Assembly: GCA_951406725.2 (NCBI GenBank)
Contig: OX597827.1
Coordinates: 57,846,001-57,910,000 of the forward strand
Direction of reading: 5' to 3'
Length of the DNA: 64,000 bases
Origin: Octopus vulgaris
Taxonomy: Eukaryota
The translations under genes were made by a program, and so were the position numbers. Position 1 is the first letter of the stretch. Each line of letters begins with the position of its first letter. Shown one piece after another: positions 23,360 through 36,720 of the stretch. Below the pieces are notes generated by a model. The model was not told where the DNA came from. It saw only the letters and a program-made list of their open reading frames with translations, and made no database searches.

Positions 23360-26300
23360 ATTGAATTAAAATGCCAAGAGTTTTATTACAAAATAAGATT
23401 TGCAAATTTTATAAAAACATTGCCAACACCATTACTTTCATTTGTACAGATTTGAATTTTTTCTTTTCTTTTTTTTTTTCCATAACAAGAATGCAAACAT
23501 GGAGAAAGCTGTTTCTATTAACATGACCCTCAATTTTAATAAGGGTGGAGCTTCCAATCAGGCTCTGCCAATAGTTGGCTGTGTCATTGTCCAGAGAATA
23601 AAGAATCTAGCAGATGCAGGCTAGAGGGTACAGTAAGGTGATTTGTCCTGAGCACCGTAAAAGAGAGAGAGAGAGCAAGATGGGGAGAGGAGAAAAAAAT
23701 AACAACAAAAATCCAACAGTTCACTGAAATATTATCAATTACTTGTTGACTAGTTTTCATTAATAGCCATTAAACATTGTTAATATTTCTTCTACATTTG
23801 AATTACACCCAACAATGTTTTCCTTGTTCTTGAAAATAGTAAAAAAATTAAAAAATAATTTGAACTGTTAAAAAGTGAGAATATCACGATTCTATCATGA
23901 ATCAAATATGTTTATATATTATTCAAATAATAGGCTTCTCACTCCTCCTCACAGTAGAAGAAAAAAAAAAACCAACTTCATCCAATGAAATACAGTTGAA
24001 ATTAATGAAATTCAACACTATATAAAAGAAAAAATAATTTGTTCAGTAAATCCCATGATAAACTGAACTAACTATACTTACTACAAATGAGTATTTCTGA
24101 AAAATTTAAATCAATGCTAGCAACGCTTAAAACAAAACAGTTTTGATCAGAACAAAGAAATGTGCTGTTTGAGTGTCATGTGAACTGTTTGTTGTTATAA
24201 GATAGTAGGTTTGCAAGCTAATTAACTGCTATGATAAACTTTCATTATAAGAAAGTAAGCAACTGCTAAGCCTTCAAGAACAATGGCATAGTTCTTTGTA
24301 CAGAGAATTAACACTTGAAATAGCACCAGAGCCCAGACAAACCCTCTAAGATTTGTCTTACCGTCTTTGTTATGAGTTTGAAAACAAATCACCTCATTTA
24401 AAAATTCCTGATTAATAAACAAACTAATTATAATAATTGTTTTAGCATTGAGTATTTGGTCAACAGCAGACTGCTGACAGAAAGCCTTGGCATTAATACG
24501 AAAAATAACTCAAAGCAGATTCAGATCTTATCTTAGATAATATAAGAAACGATACGCAGATTATATAACCTGTTAAATGCACCCTACAAGAATAAATTCT
24601 ATCAGCAGCCACTTCTATATATATATGTGTGTATGTGTGTGTGTATTTATAAAAAAAAAGTATACTTGCAAGTCAGAACCCTGTCAAAGGTAATACAAAA
24701 TTCCTCCCAATTTTATCATAATCCACTTTCAAGATAGACAAGTATAAAACTTAAACAACTCTCCTAAGAAATAACTTAAGATGAAATTAAAATGCTTACA
24801 TAGATTAAACAAAACAAAGAGAAAGCATTCCCAAACAATCCTTTAATATCACTTTTACATTGCATGGCAATGTAATATTTGAAAAAAATATGAGGAAACC
24901 TCATCAAAAAAATGAGAGAGAAATTTTCTCAAGGGAAAATAATTATTCATTTAAGCCAAGTTTTCATATATCCATTAGATTATTATTGTTTTATAAGCAT
25001 TCAAATCACTGAAAGAATTTATTGTAAATCACAAAATTCAAATTGTATTTGTTCCATTATTTTTTAAATACAATAAATATTGCTTAAATGGATCTAGTTT
25101 TGATTTCCTGCTTCAGGAAACGTAAACCTAAATATATTTATGCTATCAAAACATTCTGATATTTACAAAATGAGAAGCAGAAACTACAGACCAGAACTTA
25201 GAAAACATTAAGTTTCACAGAGTCAATTGAAAGGGGAAAATTATAGCAAGACTTGGCAAGAAGCAGAAGAGATTAACCCTTTTGAGACCAGATTTCCAAT
25301 GGAATCCACTGCCTGTGTGTTCGATTAATTTTAAAAATCAAGGATTTGGAGAGATTAAGTAAAGTAACTAAAATCTCCATTAATAAAACGCTCTTTGGAA
25401 CACACTTTAATAAAAGGTTCTTAAATAAAATTATGACAGGCAGTTTTAATTTTAAATACTTCAAAATTGACAGCTTTGTATCATAGAACCAGGTTGGCAT
25501 CAAAAGGGTAAAACTTCAGAACCCTCAATGAACATTATGTCTGCCAAAGAAAAACATATTAAGTCTGGCATGATGACGTTAGCTGAGGCCCAAAAGTTAG
25601 AACAGAACAAACAACAGAAAAACAAAAAGTAAAATATTTTTAATGAAACGTTCAGAATATTAATGCAAGTAAATGGCAGCAGGATGCAATCTGTAGTGGT
25701 ATTAAGATCGATGAGTAAAACCAAATTAATACTTTCCTGAAATTATGCACATGCAACAAAATGAAGGCTAAAAACAAAATCACAAATGTTTTCATAACCC
25801 TTCTTTACAAAAAGCAATGGCTCAGGCACACTGCAGAAACAGCACTTCAAGAAAGCAATTTCAGAATAAATACACTTATTTGTTAATATTGCTTCTCATA
25901 TATTTTAATAACAAAAATATTACTAGTAAAATTTGTAAATATCCTCAAAGCTATGAATGAAATATCTCTAGATAGGGGCAAAGCTAGAGGGAAAATTAGA
26001 ATGAGCACAGCTTCAAAAACATGAATGCAACCAAAGTTTTTGAGATCTAAAAGGGGTGTTAAAGAACAGCAACAAGTCTTATGAAATGCTTGAAACCTCT
26101 TCTATCCATATCTGCCTTTGCTTGACGCTAACTAATTAACAGATCTAGAATGTCTCCTAAAGAGTGGTTTATTCTATTATGGAATTAGAGTCAGAACAGT
26201 CAACAAGAATCTACAGTAGCAAAAAAAGACACTTTCTTTCCTCATCATTGAGATTTACAAAACAAACAATTGAAAAAGAAACTATCACAGCCCTGAAGAA

Positions 26301-29300
26301 TACAAAATAATCTGTAGTTGTATCAATCAGTCATTCTGCATATTTTACATTAGAAAAAAATAAAATAATTTTATTTTAAAAAAAACCCAAAAAGCAAACA
26401 CTTTTTTCGTTAGCCATTTTTTTTTTTTTCTTTTTACATTGCATGAGTATCAAATACAATCAGCATATGAGAGAGATCTGCTGATCTTACACGATCAGCC
26501 CTAGTTTGTGCATGGCATTATTGTGACAACTACAATCACAACAACTATTACCACTGCATTTTGGAAATAAATAGCTAGTGAACAAATATTAAATGTTTCA
26601 AACTTAATTTTCACTGCAGAAATGTTTTTTTAAAAGATTTTCTAAACTATATAAAAAAAAACCAAAAACCAAAATACCATTCAAATTATACATTATAATA
26701 AATATATATAAAAATAAACAAAATAAGAATTTTCTAGAAGACACATATCAGTTGATTTGTTAATAATTCTATTTTGCTGTGATTTTCTTAAATATTGCAA
26801 ATAAGGCAGTTTAGTGTTAACAAAATAAAATCCTGCTTGACCAAGGTAAAAATTTCAAAAGGATTATGATGCACATAAACAAAAACGATTGATATATACA
26901 TTTTCTCTCCGGTTAAAAACAATCAACAGGTATATTAAGAGGTTTAAAAGTGAAAACATAGTAACTCCGTGGAGAGATCTTTGCACATATTCATATAAAA
27001 GTAAACTAGTTCCTGATTGAAATACACACAAACACAAAAAAAAAAACAATAACAATGAAAAGGAACATGCAGAAAAGAGGTGTATTATTAAAAAAAAAAA
27101 AAAAAAATCAACTGGTTGTATGTAGTGTTTCAATGGGTGAGAAAGTGAAGATAAAATGAACTGTATGTAGCAAGGTCCAAGCAGATATTACCATTAAAAA
27201 GAGTAGGTGTGCAGTGTAACGATGTTGTGAAATCACAAAAGCCACTTGCACGAAAGAGAATTCAAGTTTCAAGTATAAAACTGAATTTGATCTCTCAGTC
27301 AGTTATTTTTGCTTATTGTCAGTGTTAGTAAACTATTCTAACCAACTTCACATATTTTGCAAGAAACTGGCTGCCTAGACAGGACATTAATAAAGTCTGA
27401 GGATATTGTAATACAGGAGTATGTGAGTCATTAATATATATTTGTTGGCTTATAAAGACTTCACTTTTGATGATTTTGTTTCCTATCTGGAATAACTTGT
27501 GTTCAGTTATCTTGACAAAATTAAAAAGATTCTTAATTTTAAAAATCCAAGACCTTATTTATATTTAACACCCCATTTAACCTCAGACCAACTCTAATTG
27601 AGTAGGCCTATGATTCAAGTGCCTGCTAGTCATGAAGATCTTTTAGTTTTGAAACTACATTGTCTTACAGATTGAGGGCGATTTAGATGCAAGCTAACAT
27701 GATATTTAAAGAATAGACTGTATTTGAGTTAAGGCAGAATTTTAAAAAATACCCCCAATTAAATGAAGAAAAAGAAAACAATTCTTGAGTGTATGGAAAA
27801 CAAGGAAAGAATTAGTTGGGTTTTCTAACTGAAACTTATCTGAGATATTAGTTTCAAGTTTAACCTAGAAACTATGGGTGGCAATAATATATAAACTTAT
27901 TAATGGTTATGATGCTACTACAGTTACAGAGTCCACTATTAATGGCACACAATGATTTAATTCTTTTATTTACAATGGTTCCTCAATTATTATTTTTTTT
28001 AAAACAGATTATCAGAAATGAGATTGCAGAATAGAGTATGTATAAATGAAGAAATTATGTTAAAATAAAATTTTATTACGAAAGACATGGTAAAAATAAA
28101 ACAGAAAATGAAAGCAAATTTTGTTTTTCTAAGTACAAAAGAAAAATAGTTTAAAGATAAAAACACACTGTTATAAATATATATGAAGCCTTCTCAAATT
28201 ATGCCATTAACAACGAGCTCAAATGTACATGATATCCTTATGACTTTTATTTGTTAACGAAAAAATAGTAAAACATAACGTTTAGATAAAGCAGGTGGAA
28301 GGGAGAAGAAAGCAGCAGTTGGTATTTTCAGTTATTCTTTTACAGTCTAAAAGAACAAAAACAAATTTTTTTTCGTAAACTACATATAAAAAATAGCAAT
28401 GAAAACTAGGTGAACTGTGTCATGTGTACATTCTGTGTGGGTGTGTACATATATACATATATATAAATGTATGGATATATATATATGTATACACACATAC
28501 AAATGTAATATACTTAAATGCACTTTTAAAGTAATTAATCACAACTCATTGATAAAAATAAAACAATCTGACAGGTAAGACACCAAAAGTATTAACAGGG
28601 ATAATGGTAATAATAATAGTAACAATTAAAACAAAACCAATCAACTTGTGCAACCGCTGCAACTGATGTTAGATTATAAAAAAATACATTTGTTTTCGAA
28701 ACAATAATAGCATCACATGAACAATCAGTTTGAGGATGATGGACGGTGACAATAACAGAAATCATCCGGCTACTTGAATTTATTATTTAAAAAAAAAAAC
28801 CAAAAAAAAAAACCCACAAATGAATTAACAGATATTAAAAGGGATGAATGAAAGATGAGCACTGTAAAGTAAATATAAATATAGGGGTTAGGTGAGGACA
28901 TATATGCCGTGTGTTAAGTTAGTGTATTATTATAAGCTGAAATTTTTTTTATTAAAAAAAAAAATTTAAGAATAGCAATAAGCGAAAAATCTAGGTGGGT
29001 GAAAGAGGAATTATAGGAGAAGTGGAATGTTTGACATAACCAAAAGTTTATAGGGAAAAAAAAGTTTCACTGAAGTTGTAAAAAAAAAAAAAAAGGGAAA
29101 AAGTAAGGAAAAATAATTCTACTACTCTTGGCCATAGAAGATTTAATAGATATTTGCCATTTGATTTCTCTATGTTTCTCTCTCATTTTCTTGAGTTACC
29201 AGTTTCCCCACAGCAGTTTATCTCTTGATTATGGCAAAGTTTGGAATGTATCACAGGTGATTTATCAAATACAATATACAAACACTGAGGTCTTACTGAG

Positions 29301-30341
29301 ACTTCCATCTTTCCATTCCAATTATGATTCATGCACTTTATTTGTCAAAGAATTTGAGGATATCGGTTACACAATCTACATGTGTAAAAATTCTATAATT
29401 TTTATTCAAACAGTTATTTCAATACATGACTATGTACAAAAAAAAAAAAGAAGAAAAAAAGAAAGAAGCAACTGATTGTGTACTCAGTTGTGTGTATGTG
29501 TGTATATAAATACATACAGCAATATATTTACAGGTGGAATTCAAAAAATAAATAGATAAATAAATAAATAAAAAAGATTTTTATGTCACTAAAATTCCTT
29601 AAAAAGTTGTAAATGAAAATTTATAATAATTATGTTAAATGTTAAAACGAAAGGTTGTGCAAAAAGAAAAAAAAGATAAAATTAGGAATAAGCATGTACA
29701 CATACATACATACACATATTTGCCCACAAACATTTAGACAGAAACATACGCACACACATACTCATGTGTGATTGACATATTTGCTAGCTTTCACTGTTAC
29801 ACACACATACTGTGCATTCATAAATACTGACATATATACACTCAATTCAGATAAGAGAAATCAAAGAAGCAAGTTCTATGTTAAATAAAGAATGTTACTA
29901 CAAGTGTTGTCGTTAATGGTGGTAAAATGCGGCTAAAGGTATTTAGTCTTTCAATATTTATCTACACTGTAAAATAAGTGTTAAAAGATGGAGCGTAGTT
30001 GAACTGAATCTTTACAACTTAAAAATGATTATAACTGGGGATAAGTTTTACAGCTTGTCAGGCAAATCAGTTATAAAAATGATAATAATCATAATAATAA
30101 ATAACAACAAATGTAGTAATCGATTATGTTCTGTAATTTAGAAGAATAAATAAAAGCGGTAGCAGCAGTAATAGTGTAATAGAAGTAGTTGTTTGTCATC
30201 AGCATCAGATGTGGTGTTTGGACATGTTAATTAAAGTAGTTGGACAAAGATGGATGGATAGCTGAGTGAATGGGCACAGAAAGAGAAGGCTGTCAAAAGC
30301 AACGAGGTGATACAGTTTCAGTACAGCCAGAGGTCTATCAA
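23360..30341 (-). other. Putative long 3' UTR (up to ~7 kb) of the minus-strand gene
   Basis: U-rich on the minus strand and almost free of the young SINEs that fill 1-23200. Distal AATAAA at 23387-23382 is followed by a U/GU-rich tract. Several more proximal AATAAA hexamers exist, so the true end is uncertain. Confidence 0.5.
25273..25511. mobile_element. Old piggyBac-type family 2 MITE within the putative 3' UTR
   Basis: TTAACCCTTTTGA...TCAAAAGGGTAA ends; diverged similarity to 12518-12746. Confidence 0.6.
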
Positions 30342-30419
30342 TCAGCGCACAGATTTTCTTCCGCTCTTGTTTCCATGTCCAGTGCGAGGTAGTGTCCCGT
30401 ACGTATTGGCCGCATGTTG
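30342..30419 (-). CDS. Terminal coding exon E: QHAANTYGTLPRTGHGNKSGRKSVR*
   Basis: Branch-like ACTAACCTAAC at 30463-30453 and acceptor ttttatttgcctctgcag|CAA. GC-rich coding-like stretch, TGA at 30344-30342 followed closely by TGATAG in another frame. Confidence 0.82.
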   Translation of the reverse strand, partial: QHAANTYGTLPRTGHGNKSGRKSVR

Positions 30420-32515
30420 CTGCAGAGGCAAATAAAAGCCAATGTAGTGTTTGTTAGGTTAGTGTTAAAACAGAGAAGCAGTTTCAGTGGAAAGCATAAA
30501 TCATTTATTTGAAATAATCAAGATAAGAATAATTACAATTACTTCCCATCTGTACTGTTAAATTCAAAGAAAACCGAATACAAAATTATATAATCAAAAA
30601 TAGATTACGCAAATGTATGTTCCATAACTATAATTTAAACAACTAAATGTTCACAGAAATTATTTAATAATTAGTTAAACTATCTTGACTCATTTGTAGT
30701 CATACTGGGGTGCAAACAGCACCACTTCTGAATAAAATAAAAGTAAAAAATGGTAGAATCACCATAGATAATGCCATATTTAATTAGGTATCAGTTTGGA
30801 ATACAAGTAACAACATTAAATGAGTACCAATGCAAAACAATATACCAAAAACAAAAGAAAAAAACCAAAATAGTCCACAGTTTGTATGAAGGCTTAAAAA
30901 AAAATGAAATACTATATAATACAACAATTTATTCAGTATTTTAAAAATGGAAATTAAACTTAATAGTATTTAAATATTTAACAGAGAAGTGCTGAAGAAC
31001 AATTGCCTACATTGATGTCAGGGTTATTAAGTAAAGAAAGTTCTAGCAGGAAATTAAATGACTTATAAATTTTAACTCAATTGCAAAAATAATGGAGATC
31101 TCCCTATCCCATTAAAAAAATTATTCAAGAAAATTCTATAGTATAAGCTCCCAAAATATTTCTAATTGTTTTATTTCATTGCAAGTTTCACTTTTAAAAA
31201 AATGTTTCAAAAGGATGTTGCTTCTTTTAAGGTATTAAAAAGAGAAAAATTGAGTATACTCAACCTTATTTCCATAACTTATATTTTCACAAACTGCAAA
31301 CTGTCTTGGCGACAGAACAGTTAAGTTAATAATATAAATAATATTCTTGCTAATATTAAAGATGCATTCAGAACGACTATAAGAGTGAAAATGTCAAAGA
31401 ACCAAACAAGGAATGGGAAACAATGCTTGATATGTAAAACCTTGACTCAGGTAGAGAATATATTAGATAATCTATGCTGTAAATCTTTGACAAAGTGGAA
31501 AAAAGAAATTAAAATAAAAGTAATGAAAACATTCTAGTTTTAACATCAACCATCACATTAAGTCTTGTCAAATTAACATAACATGCAAGTTACAAGTGGC
31601 CTACCAACATAATTCCAGCTGACAAACAGTATAGTATTAAGTGCTGTTAATAGACTATCATAATATACTTAAAGTGACAAAGATGTTTCACATAAAAAGG
31701 ACAGGAAATGACCTCAAAATCTTCTCAACTACAAGCTTTAATTAAAGTCTTCGCTGATCTGAATTGTTGGGAAATCAATTTCTGAAGTGATTAAAATATG
31801 GGTCAACCTAAGTCTGATGTAGTCAGAAGAATTAAATAATAAAACAATTTTGAATGAAATTACTTAAATGAGTTAGTACTAGAGTATGGATTGACAGGGC
31901 TATGCAGTTTGTGTTTCTGTTTAAATAGAAACACAAAATTGAGAAAATGAATTTCTTTCGTTTTTTTTTTCTTTTTAATAATATAAAAATAAAAATTAAT
32001 GAAATTGCCAGAAGCTAAACAAATTTTATTAGTTTTAAGAAAATACTATCACAATTATTATTTTTTTTTCTTTTTTACATTGACATTAATTATTTTTTCC
32101 ATTTTCTCATGATAAAAAAGAACTGAATATGACTTGCTGAAGAAATTTATTTTACAGACAAAAGATCCCTCCTAATAATTCTAAAGAAATTAAATTATTT
32201 GATATTGAGCATACAACCACATGTTTTAGCTATCTTTTGAAATAGTTGAAGCATATTACTGAGTCAAATTTTATGATGAAAACAACAAATGAGTAGTAGG
32301 CACATTGAGGGGTAAATTTTGAAATATAACTAAGAATTTAGTGTGTCTGATAAAGAATATGTGCAAACATAAACAAGTTAAAAGTTATATAAGTAACAAG
32401 TTTAATGGAAATCTAAGAATTTAACAAGACCAAGACTAAATCAATCAGCAAACCGAATAGCAATCAAGAATTATTAAGGGTCACAGAACACTTTTATGGG
32501 AGAAGTTTTGCTTAC

Positions 32516-32581
32516 CTGTAGAGAAAATCTAGCCCTTAAATCTCCGACACTAGAAGATCTAATAGGCTTGGCAACTGAATC
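32516..32581 (-). CDS. Coding exon D (66 nt, phase 0/0): DSVAKPIRSSSVGDLRARFSLQ
   Basis: Acceptor gcttttgtag|GAT and donor CTACAG|gtaagc. Exactly 22 codons with no stop, frame-compatible with exons B and E. Confidence 0.8.
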
Positions 32582-35500
32582 CTACAAAAGCATTGATATC
32601 TAAGCTTCAAGACTCAAAGACAAATACCGTGTAATAAGATCAAAGAAAATACAACAGAGACAAACAAACCCAGTTTATATCTACTGTTAGATAGTTTCTC
32701 TACTGACATACTTAAGTTAAAATATTAGTTATTAGTAAATCTTATTTGTTAAAATTCAAAACAGAACAGAACCTCTCCAAATAGAAGGTAATCTTTTAAA
32801 AGAAAGAGATTTCAGTATTTGTTATTTAGAAAATACTGCAAGATAATTTTGAGGAATTTTATAGAGAGCGTAAGAAGAGAAAGAGAGAAAGCTGTACACT
32901 AAATACTATAATTATTACATTAAAAGAAAAAACAAAAAAAACTATTCATCTACCGGTACAATGGTAATTAATTATGCTATGATTACTTTGGAAGTAAAGT
33001 TTTAAAAATTTTAATAAACAAATGCTGAGGAAGGGCACTGCAAAGCATTTTGTCTGGGGATCTAATTTAAGAAAATACCAAATTTCTTTTGTTGGCTGTA
33101 TCTGAAACAAATTCATTATCTTGTATCACGTAAAATAATTAATTCAAACATTAGTAGAAAGAAAAAGAAAATTCACTCAGCCAACTTATATCAACAGAAA
33201 TATATATTGCAAACCAATCCAAAACTACATGCACATGGGCACACACAAACACACACTGCAAATCAACAAAAAAAAAAGGTAAACAAGTGCACACACGTGT
33301 AAGTCCAACAAGGCAACATGCATGTAGAGTAATTAATAAATGTAACACAAAGCAGCATGCATAAATGTATTATTGAAACAACATGCAAAATGTATGAGAG
33401 ATGCTAACAGTGAATGCATTCACACATCATGTGCTATAAGGTAGTCAGAGGTAAGAGACACACATGTGGGTAGAGCGAAGAGGAAAACAATTAATAGAGG
33501 AACTGCGAAATGATGTCTGACACAATCTATAGTGGCTGAAAGCAGGCAAAAGCTCAGATGAGGATAAAGCAATGGGATTGATTTCTCTTAACATAGAAAT
33601 ACTGACAATAGTTGAGAGTGTTTGTGTGTATATGTTAGGAGTGTTCTATGACATTTCAGTTGAAAACGTTTCTACTTTGATCAATACAACTCATTATGTA
33701 ATTGATGCCATTGTTAAAATAATTAAATTAGAACTAGGATTGTTACGGTGGAACAATATTAGACATCAGCATATGATTACAATTACCAAAAAATACTTTT
33801 GACAGCTAGACAATGCTGAATAGAAGACGATGCCATGGCAAGATACACACAGACACACAAAATAGATTCGAAATAAAATGAAAGAAACATTAATGTAGTC
33901 AGTCTACCAATTCTTCTGAGATTTCACATTAACATATCTTACGAAAGTAGAACAGCAATTAGAAATTGCTGAATGGAATTTATTGAGATTAGGGAGAATA
34001 ATATATATAGAGCATATAAACTTACTTATATTCTATATATCATATGCATACACAATCATATTTATATTTCAAATTTTGTAAACTTGGTTGCAATCCCTAT
34101 GCTGGAGAAGAGGGGTAATGTAGAGGCTTCAATTTATTATCAGTGATCCAGTACAATGTAGCAACATGGTGCCTGGCAATACTAGTGTAAGTAATAACTG
34201 TTAGAAAATGTTAAGACGAATGCAGAAAATAAACATATCTATCTCTCTTTCTCACACATATACACGCATACACACACACAAACTGTTCATGCTACATCTT
34301 TGATGACCATGGCAAGAAATAAGAAAAGTATATATGTTGAAGTGTTTTTAAGTCAAACGCCTTCCTGTCATTGATCAATGGACCATAAAGTGAGTTTGGC
34401 ACCACTGATCAGGAATATGTTTTGCACTAGTAATTCATGATACAATGGCTACATATTTTGGTTCAAATCCAAAAGCACCATAAACTAGCAAAAACCTATT
34501 CTTCAAATTATTGAATTCTACACTTCAAGGTAGCAGATGTGTAAATGAAGTGTGGATTTTCGAGATTACATTCAATATTCAGAGTATTTTGTTTTCAGAG
34601 ATTTAAAGAATGGTAGAGGAGCATTCTCGACAAACTGACTTGGAAATGAAGAAAAATGAAAAAAAATCTCAAATAAAAGAGTTAGAAATACACACAATGA
34701 AAAAAAGAAAAAAGAAATCATAAATTCAAAAACAGAAGAAAACAAAAGCAGGAAAATAGAAGACGATAGTGTCCAGAATATTGGAATGTATATAATAATT
34801 GTTTTGGTAATGATAGCAGCAGCAGCAATAATAGTAGTAGTGGTAGTTGTAGTAGTAGTAATAGTAACAGAAATAAGAGTAGCAGTAGTGAAAGAGGTAA
34901 CACCAGCAGCAACGAAATAATAAAACTGTTGAATGACACTGCGTATTCCTGAGAATAGCAACTGCCAGACAGGGGCAATCAACAGTTAAAGTAACAGCAA
35001 TGCTAAATTCAACAAGCTTCAGTTAATGTTTCAGTATAAAGTAAAAATTTCAGAATTTCAAAAAAAAAAAAATTGTTAATAAAATTGTAAATGTTTTCTT
35101 TCATGTTATGCTGACCTGCCAAATAAAAGTTTAAAAAAAAAAAAAAAAAAAAAAAGAGACTCTTTCAAGATCAATGAAGATTACTTTGATAAAAATAAAA
35201 CTTCCAGCAGAAGCACAGGATGTGATATAGAAACAAGCAATCAAGTTGAAAAGCAGTATTCTTCCAACTGGATGTTTATTGTAGTTAGAGTAAGGAGTGT
35301 TACAAAACTTCATAGGCATGGCTGTCATATATATGAACAACCAAAATAGGGGGAGAAAAAAAAAAGGTTTTAAAATCTAGTATGAGTATGTTATATGTGA
35401 GTTATTAGAATGTGGGTAAATGCATGAAATGAAATAATAGTAAGAAAAAATAAATAATCCTAGTGCATTATCAGGAACACACTAATGTGTGTCTGTGTTT

Positions 35501-36499
35501 TCATATCTTGCCTCAGATCGAGTTTGTCAAAATAGGTGCTATGAAAAAATATTTAGTGATTTCACAAAATGAGGTGCTTCTTAATAAAATTTAATAAACA
35601 GAAAATGTACTTAAAAATAAAACAGTGAGGTATTTACTTTTTTTCAAAATGATAACATGCTGTAAGTTTTATTGTTTTATATACACACACATATATATGA
35701 ACGAATGAATGAGATTTTCTCTCTAAAATAATTTTTGCCTAATTCGAAGTCTTATTAAAACTGGGTGGTGGAGATTATCTGCAAAATATAATAATGGGTT
35801 CCATGACTTTTGGGAAAAAAATCATAAGGGCTCTGCAGCAAAAGAAGTTTGGGAACTGTTAATCTAAGATATAAAGGGCTTTTAGGGAACAGTGCTTAGC
35901 TGATGGGATACATCTCTCATTAGAAAGGACAATGGTCTGTCAGATAAAAACCTTAGGTGATCTGGTAAATAACTGATAGCTTAATGAAAGGAGGCAAAGT
36001 AAAATAAAGTATTACACAAGGATGTTACTACCTTAACTACTCAGGTACTTTTAACTATAATATCACACACACACACACAAACAAGAGTACCTAGATAGAT
36101 ATACACTGATTCTAGAAATTACAGGAGTTATTAAATATGTAATCCGTTCAAAAATTAATGTTCAAATCGAGCACTTACTATATATGTTTTTTTTTCTATT
36201 TATATAACCATGAAATTGCTTCTAGAAGGGAAATTGAAATGTTCATGCCTTTCCCTATGGACATAAGCAATATAAATTAACTAAAATTACTGAGATTAGT
36301 AAGGTGTTACAAATTTTGCTCACGGGGGGGGGGGGGGGAACTTAAGGAATAGTTCCTCTCTAAATAAAGAAAGAAAGGTTAAATAATTTTGATTCTATTA
36401 ATTGGAATTTGGTATATCTAAGGCATTGAACTGGATATTTAACACCTTGATGTCAAATTCTATATCATAGAATCTGTACAAATCAATAAAATTAGAATG

Positions 36500-36720
36500 C
36501 CACAGGAAAGAATTCCAAAACAGATTCTTCATAGTAAACCAACTGACAGATCTAGGAGCAGACCAAAAATGGAGATGGTTGGATAATATCCACAACCTCA
36601 GTTGATCCTGCTTGGGAATCTAACTTGAAAGTGTAATAATGGTTGCTTCTGATAGGACTTTATGGAGGAAGGTGCCTAAGGTCTCTACCTCCTATAACCC
36701 TCCAAAGAATAGTGGGTGGG
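36500..36720 (+). mobile_element. Decayed RTE-like LINE 3' fragment
   Basis: Approximate translation RSRSRPK.RWLDNIHNL resembles the RxRGRPxxRWxD motif at RTE ORF ends; frameshifted. Confidence 0.4.
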
